This document shows positions 1-3,888 of a DNA stretch of 17,880 bases, piece by piece. The stretch is taken from IMG/VR virus record IMGVR_UViG_3300045988_078221; one strand, written 5' to 3'. The position numbers were made by a program, and so were the translations under genes. Positions within the stretch are counted from its first letter, which is position 1. The number at the start of each line of letters is the position of its first letter. The notes under the pieces were generated by a model. It did not search any database, was not told the origin of the DNA, and saw only the letters and a list, made by a program, of their open reading frames with translations. This DNA is from a virus.

Positions 1-5
1 TTAGG

Positions 6-39
6 GTCTCGTGGGCTCGGAGATGTGTATAAGAGACAG
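6..39 (+). other. Synthetic Illumina Nextera adapter (read-2 tail GTCTCGTGGGCTCGG + 19-bp Tn5 mosaic end AGATGTGTATAAGAGACAG), not biological sequence
   Basis: Exact match by eye to the Nextera transposase adapter. The same string occurs reverse-complemented at the other end of the window. Confidence 0.97.
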
Positions 40-265
40 GTGCCCTCCCAGCTGCATTGCTTTTTCCACTGCTGCGTTGTGTGTGTGTGTGTGTGTGTTG
101 TGTTGTATTTTTTTGTTGGTGTTTCTTGTGTTGTGTATTTTATTTTTCTTTTTTTGTCGCGGTTTTTTGCGTGCTGTTTTGTTCTGTAATTTTTGGGCGC
201 TTGGTTTTGCTGTGGTTTATGCGCGTATATTTTTTCTCTGTTTTTTTTGTCGCTTCGGCGTGTCG
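40..265. repeat. Left inverted terminal repeat (ITR) of a linear protein-primed phage genome
   Basis: 40-265 is the reverse complement of 17615-17841, apart from a single 1-nt length difference in a homopolymer (T8 at 241-248 versus A9 at 17632-17640). The mirrored ORF translations in the track agree up to that indel. Similarity continues in degenerate form to about 312. Confidence 0.93.
78..98. repeat. (TG)10 dinucleotide microsatellite inside the left ITR (mirror copy (AC)10 at 17783-17803)
   Basis: Uninterrupted tgtgtg... run read directly from the sequence. Confidence 0.95.
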
Positions 266-277
266 CGCTTTTGTGTG

Positions 278-286
278 TGTTAGTAT
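278..286 (+). promoter_or_regulatory. Candidate left early promoter, extended -10-like element TGTTAGTAT
   Basis: TGnTAGTAT lies about 30 nt upstream of the first gene. The same element (TGCTAGTAT) is conserved at the mirror position of the right end, although the surrounding ITR extension has diverged. Confidence 0.4.
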
Positions 287-317
287 TAATAATGTCAACA
301 AGGAAAGGATGGACAAA

Positions 318-605
318 ATGATTAGGCTTATTGACAACAACAAGGCAGTTGAAATCAGTATTCGCGAGTGGGATGACGAGACCTCGCAGTATGGCCCCGA
401 TTGGAGTGCGGACTTTTTCGGTGCTGGCGGCCTCAAGCCTGTTGAGGGTGAAGAACTCACTTATGTAGTGGGTGACGTTGATTACTGCATCGAGTACGCC
501 AATGATATGGTGGCCGGCGAAGGCGATTTTGCTGGGGAGCCGCAGCCGGATCAGTTTGTTGATGTGACGGAACTCGATCGGAGCGCTTATCCGGCCAACC
601 TCTAA
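318..605 (+). CDS. Hypothetical early protein, strongly acidic (first gene inside the left ITR)
   Basis: This is the 3' part of track ORF 57..605; the upstream part of that ORF is ITR low-complexity translation. AAGGA at 305-309 precedes ATG 318 by 8 nt; ATG 309 is an alternative start. Rich in D/E, with no motif I recognise. Confidence 0.6.
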   Translation: MIRLIDNNKAVEISIREWDDETSQYGPDWSADFFGAGGLKPVEGEELTYVVGDVDYCIEYANDMVAGEGDFAGEPQPDQFVDVTELDRSAYPANL

Positions 606-654
606 TAGCCCAAAAAAAGAACTATGAAAAAGCAACAATGTGAGAGAAAGGAAA

Positions 655-912
655 ATGGTGGGTGATATGACTGGTGTTTCTGTTCGTTTTGAGACTCGTG
701 AGCTGGATGGGAGGGGGGTTCTTGTTTTGCGTTATCGTTTAAAGAGGTTTGTGGTTGTAAGGTTTTTTACTGAAACGTATGACCCTTGTACTGATGAGGT
801 TTGTTCGGCTATGGATAATATGGTGGGCTTTGTTTATCGCTTGATGGGGTTTGTTTCTGAGCATCCTGAGCGTTTTTATGGTAAGAGAATGGTGGTGGCG
901 AGATGGGCGTGA
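655..912 (+). CDS. Hypothetical early protein
   Basis: Track ORF 640..912. ATG 655 is preceded by GAGAGAAAGGAAA, which looks like an RBS; GTG 640 is an alternative start. The coding strand is strongly G+T-rich. No recognisable motif. Confidence 0.5.
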   Translation: MVGDMTGVSVRFETRELDGRGVLVLRYRLKRFVVVRFFTETYDPCTDEVCSAMDNMVGFVYRLMGFVSEHPERFYGKRMVVARWA

Positions 913-1094
913 AACTTGTTCAAGTGTTCGCTGTGCTACGTCATTATAGTGATGGCAAACGTGAGTGTGTAGCTGAGGTGGCTGAATGTAGTAGCCATGC
1001 CTGTGCAGTTAAGGCTATCGAGTATTATGGTGGTGTTGACTCGGTGGGCGTATATTATTGCATCGAATTGCGTTATAAGGTGGTGGAATTATGA
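903..1094 (+). CDS. Hypothetical early protein (63 aa)
   Basis: Track ORF that overlaps the previous stop by 10 nt and is tightly coupled to the next gene (ATGA overlap at 1091-1094). No recognisable motif. Confidence 0.45.
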   Translation: MGVKLVQVFAVLRHYSDGKRECVAEVAECSSHACAVKAIEYYGGVDSVGVYYCIELRYKVVEL

Positions 1095-1504
1095 TAATAA
1101 AGATGGATTATTTTAATGACGATAATATCGTAGACCTGTTTAACAGCTTTTTGCCTGACAACTATTTTACCTATAGAACGGGTCTCACTGATATAAGGAG
1201 TTCTTTGGGTGGCGAACCGGAGTACTTCATTCCTGTCAGATTTTGTAGGGAGCATAAGGGGGTTATGAGGAGTATCGATGGTACTATTCACGCTTCGGCT
1301 CGCGTCCATAACGGAATTATCGAACTAGATCGGATGGCGCTGAAGATTGACCTATTCCAGTGGGAGGATGAACGGGATAACTACGACATTGAGGTGAAAT
1401 TCACCAATTACCACGATACTGATTCGCTCAAGCGTGCTGTGTCGTATGATGCAAAGTGTTTAGCGAAAGGGTGTCCTATTGTGACTATAGAGGCAAGGAT
1501 ATAG
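1091..1504 (+). CDS. Hypothetical early protein (137 aa)
   Basis: Track ORF. AAGGTGGTGG at 1077-1086 lies just upstream of ATG 1091. No recognisable motif. Confidence 0.6.
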   Translation: MIIKMDYFNDDNIVDLFNSFLPDNYFTYRTGLTDIRSSLGGEPEYFIPVRFCREHKGVMRSIDGTIHASARVHNGIIELDRMALKIDLFQWEDERDNYDIEVKFTNYHDTDSLKRAVSYDAKCLAKGCPIVTIEARI

Positions 1505-1508
1505 AAAG

Positions 1509-2033
1509 ATGAAGAGCAATGATGACCGCACGAATTGGTTTGACGATGGTATTCTGGACGATGATCGTGTGCGCCGTGTCATTCGTGGCCGTCGGTGTAA
1601 TCTGCACTTGCGGGAGTACAACCGTGGTGAGGGCGATTGGGAGACGTTTTGTCGTAGTGTAGCGTTATTGAAAAGGTTTTACAAGCCACAGGGGGCACAA
1701 GTTGCTTTTGCGGACAGTATCGAACAGGCGGCGTATGTCTGTCTGTCCCTCAGTCCATGGACATCCCGTGTAGGCGCTTTGTGTCGAACGCAGAATATCG
1801 AAATGCTATCTGGGCTTATTTACTGCCCGGCGTTAGTGGCATGGTGCGCGGTCTGTCACATCAAGGGCGCGACTTGCTACGAGATGTGTAAAATTTGGGA
1901 CAATAATGAGTTCGCCCAGACTCTTGTCAAGATCGCATGTTGTTGTTTTGACAATCTGACCGACGAAAGCTATACTGATGAAGACATTGCAAGAATATCA
2001 CAACAGCAACAATATCAAGATAAGGTGGTATAA
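1509..2033 (+). CDS. Hypothetical early protein, Cys-rich (174 aa)
   Basis: Track ORF with an AAGGA-like RBS upstream. It contains many Cys residues, including CCC. No recognisable motif. Confidence 0.6.
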   Translation: MKSNDDRTNWFDDGILDDDRVRRVIRGRRCNLHLREYNRGEGDWETFCRSVALLKRFYKPQGAQVAFADSIEQAAYVCLSLSPWTSRVGALCRTQNIEMLSGLIYCPALVAWCAVCHIKGATCYEMCKIWDNNEFAQTLVKIACCCFDNLTDESYTDEDIARISQQQQYQDKVV

Positions 2034-2035
2034 TT

Positions 2036-2350
2036 ATGGCATATATTAAGCGAACCAGACACTATTCCGTTGTACGCGGCGTTACGCGCGGCGAAAACGG
2101 TGAACTCATCGACGCTGAAGTGATTGTGGACGGCGCTTGTCGCACAGCCGACATGGCGATGAAAAAAGCCCGCAAGATCAACAAGAACATGCTGCCCATG
2201 TCCGCTGAATATCATGCGCAGGTGACGCGCATGAGTGAAGAGGATTATTGGGCTAATTGCGAATTTGGAGATGATACCATTGTCGACTATTCGGGACCGG
2301 TTGGCGGTAACGTGGTTGAGGATGATATTATCTCTGACGAAGATAATTAA
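2036..2350 (+). CDS. Putative histone-like dsDNA-binding protein (phi29 p6 analogue); the product call is tentative
   Basis: Strong RBS AAGGTGG at 2022-2028. The protein is 104 aa, with a basic N-terminal half and an acidic tail (VVEDDIISDEDN), as in phi29 p6. Its position immediately upstream of the SSB-like gene, TP and polymerase matches the phi29 6-5-(4)-3-2 order. The call rests on synteny and composition only. Confidence 0.45.
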   Translation: MAYIKRTRHYSVVRGVTRGENGELIDAEVIVDGACRTADMAMKKARKINKNMLPMSAEYHAQVTRMSEEDYWANCEFGDDTIVDYSGPVGGNVVEDDIISDEDN

Positions 2351-2377
2351 TAATCCCTATAAGGAAAGGCAACACTA

Positions 2378-2815
2378 ATGATCGACAACGAACTGATCGC
2401 AGCAAGCGGCAACAATTTTGCGGCGAACGGCGCTAATGCTGTTTCGCATTTCTTTGATACCACTTCTATGGACGGTAAAATGGCGCTGTATAACGCCATG
2501 CAGACCTCCGACAAGGTGGATGAACATCTTAATGAGCCATTGCATGTGACCAACGTGCTTGCACAGGCCATTGAGGTTGCCAATCAGGAAACGGGTGAAA
2601 TCAACTCTTCTACCCGTGTCGTTATCCACGCGGAGGAAGGCGACTTCGCCGCCGCCTCCCCCACGCTGGCACATGCTTTTGGCAACCTATTCGCGATTTT
2701 CGGAACGCCGGACACATGGAGCCATCCGCTTGTTCTCAAGGTGGTGGAAAAAAAGAGTCGCCGTGGATTTAAGTTCTTCGACCTCGAACTTGTGTCGGAA
2801 AACAAGCGCAAGTAA
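2378..2815 (+). CDS. Putative phage ssDNA-binding protein (lactococcal-phage p2 ORF34-like SSB family)
   Basis: RBS AAGGAAAGG at 2361-2369. The pattern ...LYNAM...D..L...L.V.NV....IEV.N.ETGE.....RVVI....G.F.A.S......F.NLF.IFGTP..W..PL.L.V.E.....G.KFF.LELV matches my memory of that phage SSB family. Its position corresponds to phi29 gene 5. Confidence 0.55.
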   Translation: MIDNELIAASGNNFAANGANAVSHFFDTTSMDGKMALYNAMQTSDKVDEHLNEPLHVTNVLAQAIEVANQETGEINSSTRVVIHAEEGDFAAASPTLAHAFGNLFAIFGTPDTWSHPLVLKVVEKKSRRGFKFFDLELVSENKRK

Positions 2816-2843
2816 CGCGAATGTCCACATCATATGATAACGT

Positions 2844-2869
2844 GGTAATGTCCTTATAGGGACATTACC
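2844..2869 (+). promoter_or_regulatory. Perfect 10-bp hairpin (GGTAATGTCC / GGACATTACC) in the SSB-TP intergenic region
   Basis: Inverted repeat read directly from the sequence, with a 6-nt loop TTATAG and no downstream T-tract. Confidence 0.5.
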
Positions 2870-2877
2870 GCCAAACT

Positions 2878-2916
2878 CGCCCTCCGTCGTTTCCATCCTT
2901 ACGGCGGGGGGCGTTT
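2878..2916 (+). terminator. Candidate intrinsic terminator/attenuator between the early operon and the TP-polymerase genes
   Basis: CGCCCTCCGTCGT (2878-2890) pairs with ACGGCGGGGGGCG (2901-2913): 13 bp including 2 G-U pairs, with a 10-nt loop. TTT follows at 2914-2916. Confidence 0.5.
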
Positions 2917-2936
2917 CACACTCACATGGGGGGGCC

Positions 2937-3881
2937 GTGGCAAAACGTAAAAACAATCGACGTGCCAACAATCTGAAACGCAATGCCGCCATCAGATCGG
3001 CGCAGGTACGCCGAGAGCAAGCGGTCAGAGATTACAGTACCGGACACCTCCCCAAGCAAATCACCGAAACATTTTTGGGAAAGCTCAGCGCTCAACAGCT
3101 CGAACAGGTCGCACGACGTATCGGGCAGGAATTCGGAGAGAGGCAGCAGGCATTAAGGGCACGGGATAACGAACCGTATCAGGTTGTCCCCGATGTGCAT
3201 ATTACGAAACTTGATCGTGATCTGGCGGCACGTTCGCTGATTACCGACGCGGAAATCGCCGCCGCCCCGTCAAAACGGCGGAAGACATTACGGCAGCAGC
3301 AGCGGCGTCGTATTGAAGCACGGCAGAAAATCAAACGTGCCCAACAGTTCGAGGCGTTGACTCTGGCCCGTTACACTGTAGCCGAAATGCGAGAGATGGA
3401 ACGTGCCGGAGAATCGCCATTGGACGTACTTGGCGTGCACTCGGTCGGCGGTTCGGCCCGCGACGAACTTACGCGCAATCGAGCCAATATACTCGGCTCA
3501 GATCGTGGAATCAGCCACTTACGTGCAATGACGAGAGAGGGCAGGCGCAACAGGGCGGAAGAACTTGTGCTCGAATACGCCGGACTTACAGGCCGAGCCA
3601 AATTGCAAGCCGGCACAAAGACGATACCCCAGAATGAGGGCACGAGCGACTTTGGCAAGGTTGAACAGCGACTGGAAGCGTTCGACCAAAATATAGCCAG
3701 AAAATTTGCTTCCTTATCGAACCGACAAAAACGATGGCTAATAAACAATACGAATTTCAGTGTCGTGGTGCGCGAAGCGGCATGGTACAATGACAGGACA
3801 CACAAATGGGAGACTAAAGCAGACGCGGGAGATGTAGAGACCCGACTCGACGAATGGATAGCCAGCGCGACACGACGTTAA
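2937..3881 (+). CDS. Candidate terminal protein (TP, replication primer)
   Basis: 314-aa ORF with a GTG start preceded by a G-rich RBS. It lies immediately upstream of, and is apparently co-transcribed with, the protein-primed polymerase, as phi29 gene 3 is with gene 2. The N-terminus is very basic (MAKRKNNRRANNLKRN...) and further R/K-rich helical stretches follow. I see no direct sequence similarity to a known TP. Confidence 0.55.
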   Translation: MAKRKNNRRANNLKRNAAIRSAQVRREQAVRDYSTGHLPKQITETFLGKLSAQQLEQVARRIGQEFGERQQALRARDNEPYQVVPDVHITKLDRDLAARSLITDAEIAAAPSKRRKTLRQQQRRRIEARQKIKRAQQFEALTLARYTVAEMREMERAGESPLDVLGVHSVGGSARDELTRNRANILGSDRGISHLRAMTREGRRNRAEELVLEYAGLTGRAKLQAGTKTIPQNEGTSDFGKVEQRLEAFDQNIARKFASLSNRQKRWLINNTNFSVVVREAAWYNDRTHKWETKADAGDVETRLDEWIASATRR

Positions 3882-3888
3882 AAAAAGG

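Noticed and set aside
1-6. TTAGGG telomere-like hexamer at both ends of a linear replicon
   Set aside because: It is a single copy, its last G belongs to the adapter, and the preceding bases are most likely index or adapter remnants. There is no tandem array.
1-39. Inverted 19-bp Tn5/IS50-like ends at both extremities could be read as a composite transposon bracketing the whole window
   Set aside because: The sequence is the engineered Tn5 mosaic end fused to the Nextera read-2 tail (GTCTCGTGGGCTCGG). It is a library-preparation artefact, not a mobile element.
11-308. Track ORFs 11..283 (+), the 5' part of 57..605 (+) and 140..460 (-), which encode Cys/Val/Phe-rich peptides
   Set aside because: These are translations of adapter plus low-complexity T/G-rich ITR. 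They are mirrored identically at the other end, have no RBS, and their composition is dictated by the DNA skew.
1783-1789. Spo0A-box-like TGTCGAA at 1783-1789 and 9757-9763, relevant because phi29 is Spo0A-regulated
   Set aside because: Two copies of a 7-mer match the chance expectation for 17.9 kb. Neither lies near a promoter, and the host is unknown.
2855-2863. 9-mer TATAGGGAC repeated at 2855-2863 and 5873-5881, both just upstream of genes
   Set aside because: There are only two copies of a 9-mer, a few tenths being expected by chance on one strand. The first copy is simply part of a hairpin, and the flanks are not conserved.
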